NCBI GenBank assembly: GCA_050178795.1
Contig: JBFXFT010000006.1
Coordinates: 315-64,314 of the forward strand
Direction: 5' to 3'
From: Spirochaetales bacterium
GTDB taxonomy: Bacteria > Bacillota > Clostridia > Christensenellales > UBA1242
DNA: 64,000 nucleotides
Shown: in pieces, positions 1-8,833 of the stretch
How positions within the stretch are numbered: position 1 is the first letter of the stretch
Layout: every line of letters begins with the position of its first letter
Program-made: the position numbers and the translations under genes
Notes under the pieces: model-generated
Told to the model about the DNA's origin: nothing
The model's database searches: none
What the model saw: only the letters and a program-made list of their open reading frames with translations

Positions 1-1730
1 TAAGGCCATGTAAAGAAGAAAGTGTTAATTTTGATACTACACAAAATCTTTACATAGAAGGCGATAATTTACATGTATTAAAATTAATGCGTGAAACTTA
101 CCTTAACAAAGTTAAAATGATTTATATTGATCCACCTTACAATACAGGCAATGATTTTGTGTATGAGGATGATTTTGCAACCAATACCGAAGAATATTTA
201 CAAAGAAGTAATCAAGTAGATGAGCAAGGTAACCGTATGGTAACAAATAACGACAGCAAGGGCCGTTTTCATACCGATTGGTTAAATATGATTTATCCAA
301 GATTAAAAATAGCAAAAGATTTATTAACCGATGATGGTGTAATTTTTATATCAATTGACGATAACGAACAGGCAAACTTAAAAAAGATTTGTGATGAAAT
401 TTTTGGAGAAAGTAATTTTCTTGTGAGCATCTGTGTAAATAGGACTAGCGAAATAGCTACAAATTATACTATTCTTAAACACGAATATATACTAGTTTAC
501 ATGAAAAACAACAATCATTTTCACTTAACGGCTATAGAAAAGATTTCTATTTCCAGAGGAACTGTTGGTAATGCGGATCAAACGATGCCCATAATAGCAT
601 TTCCGGCTGGATTAGTATGTAACAATATAAAAGATGGTATATATAATGAGACGCGTAAAGTAGATGGTAGTAATGAAAATATAGAAAATCTTGACCCCAT
701 AATAGTAGAGGCTGGCAAGCTCAAATATCCAGTAAGAATGAAAGCCAAATGGCGCAGTTCTAATGATATGAGAAATTTTTTTAATAATAATTGTAAACCA
801 GTAAAAGCTAAAATTAATGGTGAAATTATTGAAATCTATTTTGAGAATGATAAGTTTAATCCGCAAATTAAGAAAAAAACTTATGAAAAAATCCCATCAA
901 TATTTTTAGATAATAAAAGAGGTAGTGACGATATGAAAGGTTTATCTCTTAATGGTTTTTTTGATTTTCCAAAATCTGTTTTGTTAATCAAATATTTATT
1001 ATCTTTTTCAAATAAAAATGATTTGGTTTTGGACTTTTTTTCTGGTTCGGCAACTACAGCACATGCGGTAATGCAATTGAATGCAGAAGATGGTGGAAGT
1101 CGTAAATTTATTATGGTTCAAGTACCAGAACCAACAAGTAAAGATAGTGAGGCTTATAAAGCAGGTTACAAAAATATTTGTGAAATAGGAAAAGAACGCA
1201 TTCGTAGGGCAGGAGCAAAAATTCAAGAAAAACATACAATAAAACAAGAAGATACTAATATAGTTAAAATAGGTGAAAAAACTTATGCCTATGAAGAAAG
1301 AATTAAAAATTTAGATACTGGTTTTAGGGTATTAAAACTGGATAGTAGCAATATGAAAGGAGTTTATTATAATCCAAATGAGTATAATCAAAATTTATTA
1401 GAACGATTGGGTGAAAATATTAAAGAAGATAGAACTCCAGAAGACTTGTTATTTCAAGTAATGCTTGATATGGGTATTTTATTGTCTAGTGATATTAAAG
1501 AATTAAATGTTGCAGGTAAAAAGGTATTTAATGTGAACAATGGCAACTTAATTTGTTGTTTTGATAACAACTTAACGAATGAAGTAATAACTGAAATAGC
1601 TAAATTAAAACCAGAATATGCAGTATTCCGTGATTCTAGTTTATCATCTGATAGTTTGTCCGTAAATTTTGACCAAATCTTTAAAACTTATTATCCTGAA
1701 ATGAAAGAAGAAAACAGAAAGGTAATTTAG
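1..1730 (+). CDS. mod: Type III restriction-modification DNA methyltransferase (Mod, N6-adenine, beta-class); 5' end runs off the window
   Basis: The frame is open from the window edge (codons from nt 3 read ...NLYIEGDNLHVLKLMRETY...), so the ORF-track ATG at 87 is internal. Motif IV 'IYIDPPYNTG' lies near the N-terminus. AdoMet motif I 'LDFFSGSATTAHAV' follows a variable middle region, which is the IV-TRD-I order typical of Type III Mod. The res gene starts 41 nt downstream. Confidence 0.85.
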   Translation, partial: RPCKEESVNFDTTQNLYIEGDNLHVLKLMRETYLNKVKMIYIDPPYNTGNDFVYEDDFATNTEEYLQRSNQVDEQGNRMVTNNDSKGRFHTDWLNMIYPRLKIAKDLLTDDGVIFISIDDNEQANLKKICDEIFGESNFLVSICVNRTSEIATNYTILKHEYILVYMKNNNHFHLTAIEKISISRGTVGNADQTMPIIAFPAGLVCNNIKDGIYNETRKVDGSNENIENLDPIIVEAGKLKYPVRMKAKWRSSNDMRNFFNNNCKPVKAKINGEIIEIYFENDKFNPQIKKKTYEKIPSIFLDNKRGSDDMKGLSLNGFFDFPKSVLLIKYLLSFSNKNDLVLDFFSGSATTAHAVMQLNAEDGGSRKFIMVQVPEPTSKDSEAYKAGYKNICEIGKERIRRAGAKIQEKHTIKQEDTNIVKIGEKTYAYEERIKNLDTGFRVLKLDSSNMKGVYYNPNEYNQNLLERLGENIKEDRTPEDLLFQVMLDMGILLSSDIKELNVAGKKVFNVNNGNLICCFDNNLTNEVITEIAKLKPEYAVFRDSSLSSDSLSVNFDQIFKTYYPEMKEENRKVI

Positions 1731-1771
1731 TATATAAAAAATATTTTTTATATAAAATTTAGGAGAACTAC

Positions 1772-4700
1772 ATGAAATTTAAGTTTGAAACACAACAGTA
1801 CCAACAAGATGCAGTAAACAGTATTTGTAAGGTGTTTGAGGGGCAACCCTTTTTGAACATGGTCAAATATGTAAGAGATTTGGGAATTAAAAAACAAGAA
1901 AATACATCCCAAATTAATTTTTTAGCGCAAATGGATGCTTACAATCAAGATGACATTGGGTTTGAAAATGCAAAAATATTATTAAATGATGGTCAAATTC
2001 TGGATAATATTCGTAATGTGCAACAAAACAATAATCTTATTTTATCAGATGAGTTAGTAGATCATTTGGGGCGATGCTCTTTAGATATTGAAATGGAAAC
2101 GGGCACTGGTAAAACCTATGTTTACATTAATTCTATTTTTGAATTAAATTTAAAGTATGGATGGAGCAAATTTATTATTGTTGTTCCTAGTATCGCTATT
2201 CGTGAAGGTGCAAAAAAATCATTTGAGATTACAGAAGAGCATTTTCAAGATAAATATGGCAAAAAGGCAAGATATTTTATTTATAATAGCAAAGATTTAA
2301 CAAGGCTGGATAGTTTTTCTAGTTCAAGTGATATTCAAGTTATGATTATTAACGCTCAAGCTTTTAATGCTAGAGGCATAGATGCCAGAAGAATTGATAT
2401 GGCACTAGATGAATTTCAAAGCAGGCGTCCTATTGATGTAGTTTCAAAAAACAGACCCATTTTAATTTTAGACGAACCACAAAAATTAGGCGGTGATGCT
2501 ACTCAACGAAGTTTAAAAAAATTTAATCCATTATTTTTATTAAATTTTTCTGCTACACATAAAAAACATCACAATTTAGTATATTGTTTGGATGCACTAG
2601 ATGCTTATAACAAAAAACTAGTCAAAAAGATTGAAGTAAAAGGATTTGAAGTAAAAAATCTTCGTGGAACAGATGGTTATTTAAGGCTGGAAAACATTTT
2701 ATTATCGTCTACAAAACCACCAGTTGCAAAGGTGGAAATTGAAGTCGGTTATAACAAATCTATTAATAGGGAAACAAGAAATTTAAACGTTGGCGATAAT
2801 TTATTTATAATTTCAAAAAATATGGAGCAATATAAAAACAATTATGTTGTCAGCGAAATTAACCCATTTAATAATACAGTTACATTTTTAAATGGAGAAA
2901 TTTTAGAAATTAACAAGGTAGTTGGAGACTTATCAGAGCGCAATTTAAGACGAATTCAAATTAGAGAAACAATTATTTCACATTTTGAAAAAGAACAACA
3001 ATTATTTGAAAGAGGAATTAAATGCTTGTCTTTGTTCTTTATTGATCATGTGGCAAACTACAGGGATTATGATAAAAAGGACGAAAAAGGTGAATATGCA
3101 AGAGTATTTGAAGAAGAATATAATAAGGCATTAAACGATTATATTGAGCCTGATAACTCCCCTTATATGTATTATCTAAAAAATATAAAAGTAGAAGATA
3201 CCCATAAAGGTTATTTTTCTATTGATAAAAAAACAAATCATTTGATTGATTCTAAAGAAAATAAGGGAGAGGGTGGATCCGACGATATTTCGGCTTATGA
3301 TTTAATTTTAATTGATAAAGCAAGGCTCCTTTCTTATGAGGAACCAACAAGATTTATCTTTTCACACTCTGCACTAAGAGAGGGTTGGGACAATCCCAAT
3401 GTTTTTCAAATATGTGCCTTAAAACATAGCGATAGCACCATTGCAAAAAGGCAAGAGGTAGGGCGTGGACTTCGTATTTCGGTTAATAATGACGGCGAGA
3501 GGGCAAATGCAACTTATTGTCAATCAACTGGAAATGACTTCCATAAATTAAATACGCTAACTGTCATTGCTACTGATAGTTATCAAGATTTTGTAACGAA
3601 TTTGCAAAGAGAAATCAAAGAAAATCTTGCTGATAGACCAGTAAAAGCCACAATGGAATATTTTAAAGGAAAAATCATTACAGATGGTATTCATCCTATT
3701 CCTGTTGATGACGATATGGCCAGTGATATTCAAAGTTATTTAAGATTTAGTGGTTATATTGATAAAGAATATAAGTTGACAGATAAATATCGTGCTGATT
3801 TTGAGAATAACAGTTTAATTGAAATGCAGGAGATTATGAAGCCTTATGAGGCAAGTATTCAAAACTTAATTCAAAGCATTTTTGATGAAAAAGTGTTACA
3901 AGATATGATTGCAGATGCAAATCAATCTAAAATTATTGATAATAAATTGAATGATAATTTTTATAAAAAAGAGTTTAAGGCGTTATGGGATCAAATTAAC
4001 CATCAATATTCCTATATGGTTGATTTTAAAAGTGATGAATTAATTAAAAACTCTATTCGTCATATTGATGAAAAATTAATTGTTTCCCAGTTAAAATACA
4101 TTGTAACCTCCGGATTGCAAAAAAAGGTAATGGATAAGCATGCTGTTGAAAGAGGTGAGTCATTTGGTACAATAACCACTAGAACTGAAACATTATCTTC
4201 CAGTATTGCAAATAATACACCATATGATTTAGTTGGTAAAATTGCAGCTGGCACTAATTTAACTAGAAAAACAATTGTAAAAATACTAAAAGGAATTCAA
4301 ACAAAAAAATTTGATTTGTTTAAAGTTAATCCAGAAGAATTTATCAATAAAACTATAAAATTAATCAATGAACAAAAAGCAACAATGATTGTAGATCATA
4401 TTACTTATAATCAAACAGAAGGAAAATTTGATAATACTATTTTTACTGCAAATCAAATTAATTCTGATTTTAATAAAGTGTTTAAAGCGACAAAACATAT
4501 TCAAGATTATGTTGTAACAGATGGCTTATCAGAGAAAAGTGTTGAGCGTAAATTTGCTGAAGATTTAGAATCGGCAAAAGAAGTTTGTGTTTATGCTAAG
4601 CTTCCGCGCACTTTTTATATTCCGACTCCAGTTGGTAATTATTCTCCAGATTGGGCGATTGCATTTTACGATAATATGGGAATTAAACATATTTACTTTA

Positions 4701-4864
4701 TTGCCGAAACAAAAGGGACAATGGAAAGTATGGAATTAAAGCCAATTGAACAAGCAAAAATTAAATGTGCTCATAAATTATTTAATGAACTATCTACAAC
4801 ACAAGTTCGATATTATGAGGTTACTTCCTATCAAGATTTACTTGATGTTATTAATCAAATTTAA
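1772..4864 (+). CDS. res: Type III restriction endonuclease Res subunit (SF2 helicase/translocase plus C-terminal nuclease)
   Basis: Walker A 'EMETGTGKT' and motif II 'LILDEPQK'. Later helicase motifs 'SALREGWDNPNV' and 'QEVGRGLR'. C-terminal PD-(D/E)xK-like 'YSPDWAIAF...IYFIAETKG'. The 1030-aa size and position directly after mod fit. Confidence 0.85.
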   Translation: MKFKFETQQYQQDAVNSICKVFEGQPFLNMVKYVRDLGIKKQENTSQINFLAQMDAYNQDDIGFENAKILLNDGQILDNIRNVQQNNNLILSDELVDHLGRCSLDIEMETGTGKTYVYINSIFELNLKYGWSKFIIVVPSIAIREGAKKSFEITEEHFQDKYGKKARYFIYNSKDLTRLDSFSSSSDIQVMIINAQAFNARGIDARRIDMALDEFQSRRPIDVVSKNRPILILDEPQKLGGDATQRSLKKFNPLFLLNFSATHKKHHNLVYCLDALDAYNKKLVKKIEVKGFEVKNLRGTDGYLRLENILLSSTKPPVAKVEIEVGYNKSINRETRNLNVGDNLFIISKNMEQYKNNYVVSEINPFNNTVTFLNGEILEINKVVGDLSERNLRRIQIRETIISHFEKEQQLFERGIKCLSLFFIDHVANYRDYDKKDEKGEYARVFEEEYNKALNDYIEPDNSPYMYYLKNIKVEDTHKGYFSIDKKTNHLIDSKENKGEGGSDDISAYDLILIDKARLLSYEEPTRFIFSHSALREGWDNPNVFQICALKHSDSTIAKRQEVGRGLRISVNNDGERANATYCQSTGNDFHKLNTLTVIATDSYQDFVTNLQREIKENLADRPVKATMEYFKGKIITDGIHPIPVDDDMASDIQSYLRFSGYIDKEYKLTDKYRADFENNSLIEMQEIMKPYEASIQNLIQSIFDEKVLQDMIADANQSKIIDNKLNDNFYKKEFKALWDQINHQYSYMVDFKSDELIKNSIRHIDEKLIVSQLKYIVTSGLQKKVMDKHAVERGESFGTITTRTETLSSSIANNTPYDLVGKIAAGTNLTRKTIVKILKGIQTKKFDLFKVNPEEFINKTIKLINEQKATMIVDHITYNQTEGKFDNTIFTANQINSDFNKVFKATKHIQDYVVTDGLSEKSVERKFAEDLESAKEVCVYAKLPRTFYIPTPVGNYSPDWAIAFYDNMGIKHIYFIAETKGTMESMELKPIEQAKIKCAHKLFNELSTTQVRYYEVTSYQDLLDVINQI

Positions 4865-4869
4865 AGCTA

Positions 4870-4896
4870 AAAGAGATCTTGAGCGTCTCTTTTTTT
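4870..4896 (+). terminator. Weak intrinsic terminator after res
   Basis: AGAGA...TCTCT hairpin followed by a T7 run. Confidence 0.45.
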
Positions 4897-4971
4897 GGTG
4901 ATACAGATTGCAATTAATTGTTTTTTTTAAATAGAGTTGTTAAAATATAAATGTAAAAGGAGAATGATAAA

Positions 4972-5592
4972 ATGGCGTATGAATATGTAGAAAAGCAAGA
5001 AAGGGAAGATTTAGTAAAAGTCTGTGAAAGTATTATATGTGAAGTTCAAAACGAGGTTAGGGAATATTTTACTTTTGAATTCAAGCTAATTGGAAGTGGT
5101 GAGAAAAGATTAATTACACGAAATGGAAAAACAGGATGCTTTGATTTGGATTATAATCTAATCCTGCAAAAAGATAAAAAAGAATTAATAAGTTATCCTC
5201 AAAAAATAAAAGAAATTTTTATGCAGGCATTTAATGGTGTAAATCCTAAAAATTCTTTTGCTGATGCAAAAAATAGCACTTCTGTTATCACATCAAATTT
5301 AAAAATTGATGATAGATTGCTTTTTTCGTTTGATGTTGCAATTTTAATTGAAGGCAACAATGGCAGTTATTATAAATTGATTTATGATAAACCCTCCCAA
5401 AGATATATCTGGAATGAACAACCGCATTCTGCAAATTATAAGGAAAAATTTTCACAAATAAAAAAACAAGGATATTGGATGGAGTTTAAAGAAAGATATT
5501 TGGAGAAGAAGAATTATTATTTAAGTAGAGATCCTGAAAAAAAGTCATATGTAATTTTTTTGGAAACAATTAATGAATTTTATAAAGGATAA
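4972..5592 (+). CDS. Pol-beta-superfamily nucleotidyltransferase-like protein (OAS/CD-NTase-like or large MNT-like)
   Basis: 'LIGSGEKRLITRNGKTGCFDLDYNL' gives G41-S42 ... D58-x-D60, and a third acidic residue lies on a hydrophobic strand ('FSFDVAILI', D121). This is the hG[GS]...DxD...D pattern. RBS AAGGAG lies upstream. The next gene follows after an 8-nt gap. Confidence 0.45.
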   Translation: MAYEYVEKQEREDLVKVCESIICEVQNEVREYFTFEFKLIGSGEKRLITRNGKTGCFDLDYNLILQKDKKELISYPQKIKEIFMQAFNGVNPKNSFADAKNSTSVITSNLKIDDRLLFSFDVAILIEGNNGSYYKLIYDKPSQRYIWNEQPHSANYKEKFSQIKKQGYWMEFKERYLEKKNYYLSRDPEKKSYVIFLETINEFYKG

Positions 5593-5600
5593 AATGATAT

Positions 5601-6287
5601 ATGGATACGAAAGAGTTTTTCAATAGTATTTTGATAGAAGAAGCCGAGATAGAAAAAGCAAATCATTATATAGAGACAAAAGGGTTATATATCCACGTTG
5701 CAATTAGAGACATGTTATTAAGCCGTGGTATTCAAAAGCCATCTTATAAACAAATTGCAACTGTGTACAGGTATGATAAAAGAATAAGAAAAATTTTATA
5801 TGAGCATATCGCTTACTTAGAAGAATTTTTTAGAGCATATATTTTAAATCAGTATGGAAATAATGTAAAACAATCTTTTTGGATAAAGAGAGTTAATCCC
5901 AATAATTTAAAAAACAGTCTAGAATTATTGAAATTTGGGGAATTGTTAAGTCAAGTTAAAAAATTACCAAATAAGGAAAAAGTTTTAATAATCACAAGTC
6001 ATTTTACAAAAAATATTGAGGCATTAATTGAATTAAGGAATGCAGTTTTTCATAATAAATTTTTATTAGTTTATTTGGGATTTAAAAAATGTTTTATTGA
6101 TGAAGAGAAATCTGGTTTTTCATTTAGAGCCAATTTAATTAATTTGTCTAATTTTTTGCCTCAAGAAGTTAAAAAGCAATTTTTGAAAGAGATAGAAAAT
6201 AGCCAGTATCAAAAGCATGAAAAACCAATAAACAATAAAACAGATTGGAAACTACCATCAGAAGTCGTAATCAAATTGAAGGATTAG
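5601..6287 (+). CDS. Abi_2 family (AbiD/AbiF-like) abortive-infection protein, HEPN superfamily
   Basis: 'YRYDKRIRKILYEHIAYLEEFFRAYI' resembles the Abi_2 core (Y.fD..lR..L...i..iE). 'IELRNAVFHNKFL' carries an R-x4-H HEPN motif (R146, H151; nt 6036-6053). It is in an operon with the NTase-like gene. Confidence 0.6.
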   Translation: MDTKEFFNSILIEEAEIEKANHYIETKGLYIHVAIRDMLLSRGIQKPSYKQIATVYRYDKRIRKILYEHIAYLEEFFRAYILNQYGNNVKQSFWIKRVNPNNLKNSLELLKFGELLSQVKKLPNKEKVLIITSHFTKNIEALIELRNAVFHNKFLLVYLGFKKCFIDEEKSGFSFRANLINLSNFLPQEVKKQFLKEIENSQYQKHEKPINNKTDWKLPSEVVIKLKD

Positions 6288-6322
6288 AAGAATTTTTAGT
6301 TATAATTTTTTTTAAATTATTC

Positions 6323-6353
6323 TTGACTCTCCCCTTAAGAGTAAGGATAAAAT
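6323..6353 (+). promoter_or_regulatory. MerR-type promoter with 19-bp spacer and internal dyad
   Basis: TTGACT (6323-6328), a 19-nt spacer, then TAAAAT (6348-6353). The spacer contains CCTTA-agag-TAAGG (6333-6346). Confidence 0.5.
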
Positions 6354-6383
6354 AAAGTTGTTAAAAGAAAAAGAGGTGAATAT

Positions 6384-7445
6384 ATGCTTACGATTAGTAG
6401 CTTTGCTAAAGCATGTGAAACAACTATTAAAACCTTAAGATATTATTACAATGAGGGTATATTTAAACCTAGCAGTATTGACAGGTATACAGGTTATAGA
6501 TATTATGAGGAAAATCAAGTTAAAGACTTTTTACTTATTTCTGAACTAAAAAAATTAAATTTTAGTTTAGGAGAAATTAAAAATTTTTTAACTAATCCTA
6601 ATAACGATATAATCAAAAGCAAAATTAATGAGCTAAACAGTTCTATTGAAAAAACAAAAAAACAAATTCAAACTTTAAATTCTTTTAATAATAAAAGCAA
6701 AGGGAATTTAAAAATGAAAGAAAGTATTAAAGAAAATTTATTTGTTAATGATGAAAAGATAATAGGAAAATGGGAAAGTATTGGTGTTGTTTACAAAAAA
6801 GAAGATTTTTTAAATAGCAATAATCAGGCTTTTGAAATTGATGAGGTTGATAATAATTATTCAGTTAAAGAACTGTACCTAATGCCAAATGGAGAGAAAT
6901 ATTGGGTAATAAGTTGGACTAAGGGCTTTATTAATGTGTTAGGTAGAAAAAATGCCTATGAATTAGTTGAAAAAGATAATCAAGTTTTTATGCTTGTAAC
7001 TCACTTAGTTGAAAAAGAAAATTTTATTCAAATTTTCAAACAAATTGATAAAAAAGCATATACAAAAAATGATATTGCAATTGTTGACGATATTAATTTT
7101 GAAATTATAAAAGATGAAACTGCAGCAGGTGAGTGGAATGTGATTGATTTTGTAAGACAAAAAGAAGATTTTATTTATGGGCAAAAACAATTTAAAGCCA
7201 AACCGTATTTGGAAAAATTAGTGTTTTTAAAAGATAACCAAATAATAATGCAAGTGGATGGCAATATAGTTAAAAAACAAAAATATACTAAAGGTTGTAT
7301 TTTAATTAATCAAGACTATGACGTGGCAAGTCATTATTTTATAAAAGATATTGATGGAAAACAAATTATGTTTTTTGAATGGAAGAGTGGAGATTATACT
7401 TTTGGAAAACGCAAACCATTGTATTATGTTTTAGAAAAAGCATAA
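6384..7445 (+). CDS. MerR-family transcriptional regulator with a ~230-aa internally duplicated C-terminal domain
   Basis: N-terminal 'FAKACETTIKTLRYYYNEGIFKPSSIDRYTGYRYYEENQVKDFLLISELKKLNFSLGEIKNFL' is a MerR wHTH plus dimerisation helix. The C-terminal halves repeat: 'GKWESIGVVYKKEDF' versus 'GEWNVIDFVRQKEDF'. Confidence 0.8.
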   Translation: MLTISSFAKACETTIKTLRYYYNEGIFKPSSIDRYTGYRYYEENQVKDFLLISELKKLNFSLGEIKNFLTNPNNDIIKSKINELNSSIEKTKKQIQTLNSFNNKSKGNLKMKESIKENLFVNDEKIIGKWESIGVVYKKEDFLNSNNQAFEIDEVDNNYSVKELYLMPNGEKYWVISWTKGFINVLGRKNAYELVEKDNQVFMLVTHLVEKENFIQIFKQIDKKAYTKNDIAIVDDINFEIIKDETAAGEWNVIDFVRQKEDFIYGQKQFKAKPYLEKLVFLKDNQIIMQVDGNIVKKQKYTKGCILINQDYDVASHYFIKDIDGKQIMFFEWKSGDYTFGKRKPLYYVLEKA

Positions 7446-7449
7446 ACAA

Positions 7450-7482
7450 AAAAACTGGATTATTTATATTCCAGTTTTTTTT
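7450..7482 (+). terminator. Intrinsic terminator after the MerR gene
   Basis: ACTGGA...TCCAGT hairpin followed by a T8 run. Confidence 0.75.
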
Positions 7483-7651
7483 GTAGTGTACTTTTTACAT
7501 CTCAAAATCATCTTTTTTAATTTGTTTATATAATTATTTAACAGCAAAATTGTCAGATCTTTACAAAATACTTAAAAATGATATTCTTTTTATTTTGCAT
7601 TTGATATAATGATTATTAGAATTTATTTTATATAAAATTAAAGAGGTTATT

Positions 7652-8833
7652 ATGGATACTTTTTGGGAAGATATTGTAAGTTTTTTTAATGAAACTGGTT
7701 GGAAAATTATACTTTCACTTTGCTTAATCGTAATTGGTGGGGTAATAATAAAATATTTTGCAAAAATGGTACAAAGACTGCTTTATAAAACATCAATAGA
7801 TAACTCTATTGTTTCTTTTATCATAAGCATTTTTAAAATTGCCTTATGGATACTTTTATTAAGTGTTTGTGCAAGCATTTTGGAACTTTCAACAAACAGT
7901 TTGCTCGTTGTTTTGTCATCTATGGCCTTGGCTATTGGCTTAGCGTTAAAGGATTCTCTTGGCAACTTAACAAACGGAATGTTTATAATTTACAATAAGC
8001 CATTTAAGCGTGGCGACCACATTAAAATTGATAATGTGGAGGGCAAAGTTCAAAACATTAAGTTGTTGGCTACGGAACTTGTAACTTTTGATAACAGAAA
8101 ATTAATTATTCCAAACAGCAAATTTACTACCGATTCTATTGTCAACTATACCGCTTTACCTATTAGAAGAATTGAAATGACTTTTGGCGTTGCTTATGGC
8201 TCTGATATGGATTATGTGGAGAGGATTATTTATAAGGCGCTAGATAAAGAGAATTTAATTTTAAGTTTTCCAAAGAGTTCGGTATTTATTAGCGCTCATG
8301 GTTCAAGCGCCGTTGAGTGGACTGTTTGGGCATGGGTAGCAACGGACGATTATTGGACAGTCTGGAAGGCACTTCCAAAGATAATGTATAAAGCGTTTGA
8401 AAACGCTGAAATTAGAATTCCATTCAATCAAGTGGATGTTCACTTTGACGATGGCAAACCAAATTTAGCAAAAAGACAAGTTGCGAAACCCCAAGTTATT
8501 GAGGAAAAAGTGATAAATGTAGAAAGCCCTAAAAAAGTTGAGGCAAAGCCCAAGCCTGCGGAGCCTATAAAGCCTGTAACGCCACCCAGTGACACAAAAA
8601 CAAAAGCAGACGTAAAACAACCAAAAACAATGGCAACAACCGCTAAAACAGTGACACAAGCGCCTACAAAACCAGGTGCTAAGGTAGAACCAAAGAAACC
8701 GACTGCAGATAAAAAACCAGCCGTTAAAACAGCAACAACCAAAGCAAAAGAGGAGACAACCAAGACAACAAAAACAGTTTCTCAAACTAAAAAAGCGCAA
8801 GAAACGAAAGGAGTTAAAAATGCAAAAAAATAA
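7652..8833 (+). CDS. MscS-family mechanosensitive channel with a long Lys/Pro/Thr/Ala-rich C-terminal tail
   Basis: Three N-terminal TM helices. MscS core 'PFKRGDHIKIDNVEGKVQNIKLLATELVTFDNRKLIIPNSKF'. A low-complexity tail starts at about aa 271. Confidence 0.85.
   Translation: MDTFWEDIVSFFNETGWKIILSLCLIVIGGVIIKYFAKMVQRLLYKTSIDNSIVSFIISIFKIALWILLLSVCASILELSTNSLLVVLSSMALAIGLALKDSLGNLTNGMFIIYNKPFKRGDHIKIDNVEGKVQNIKLLATELVTFDNRKLIIPNSKFTTDSIVNYTALPIRRIEMTFGVAYGSDMDYVERIIYKALDKENLILSFPKSSVFISAHGSSAVEWTVWAWVATDDYWTVWKALPKIMYKAFENAEIRIPFNQVDVHFDDGKPNLAKRQVAKPQVIEEKVINVESPKKVEAKPKPAEPIKPVTPPSDTKTKADVKQPKTMATTAKTVTQAPTKPGAKVEPKKPTADKKPAVKTATTKAKEETTKTTKTVSQTKKAQETKGVKNAKK

Noticed and set aside
87-89. 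ATG at 87 as the mod start codon (ORF-track call)
   Set aside because: The frame is open back to the window edge. The upstream residues (NLYIEGDNLHVLK) are part of the conserved MTase N-terminus, so the gene is 5'-truncated by the window.
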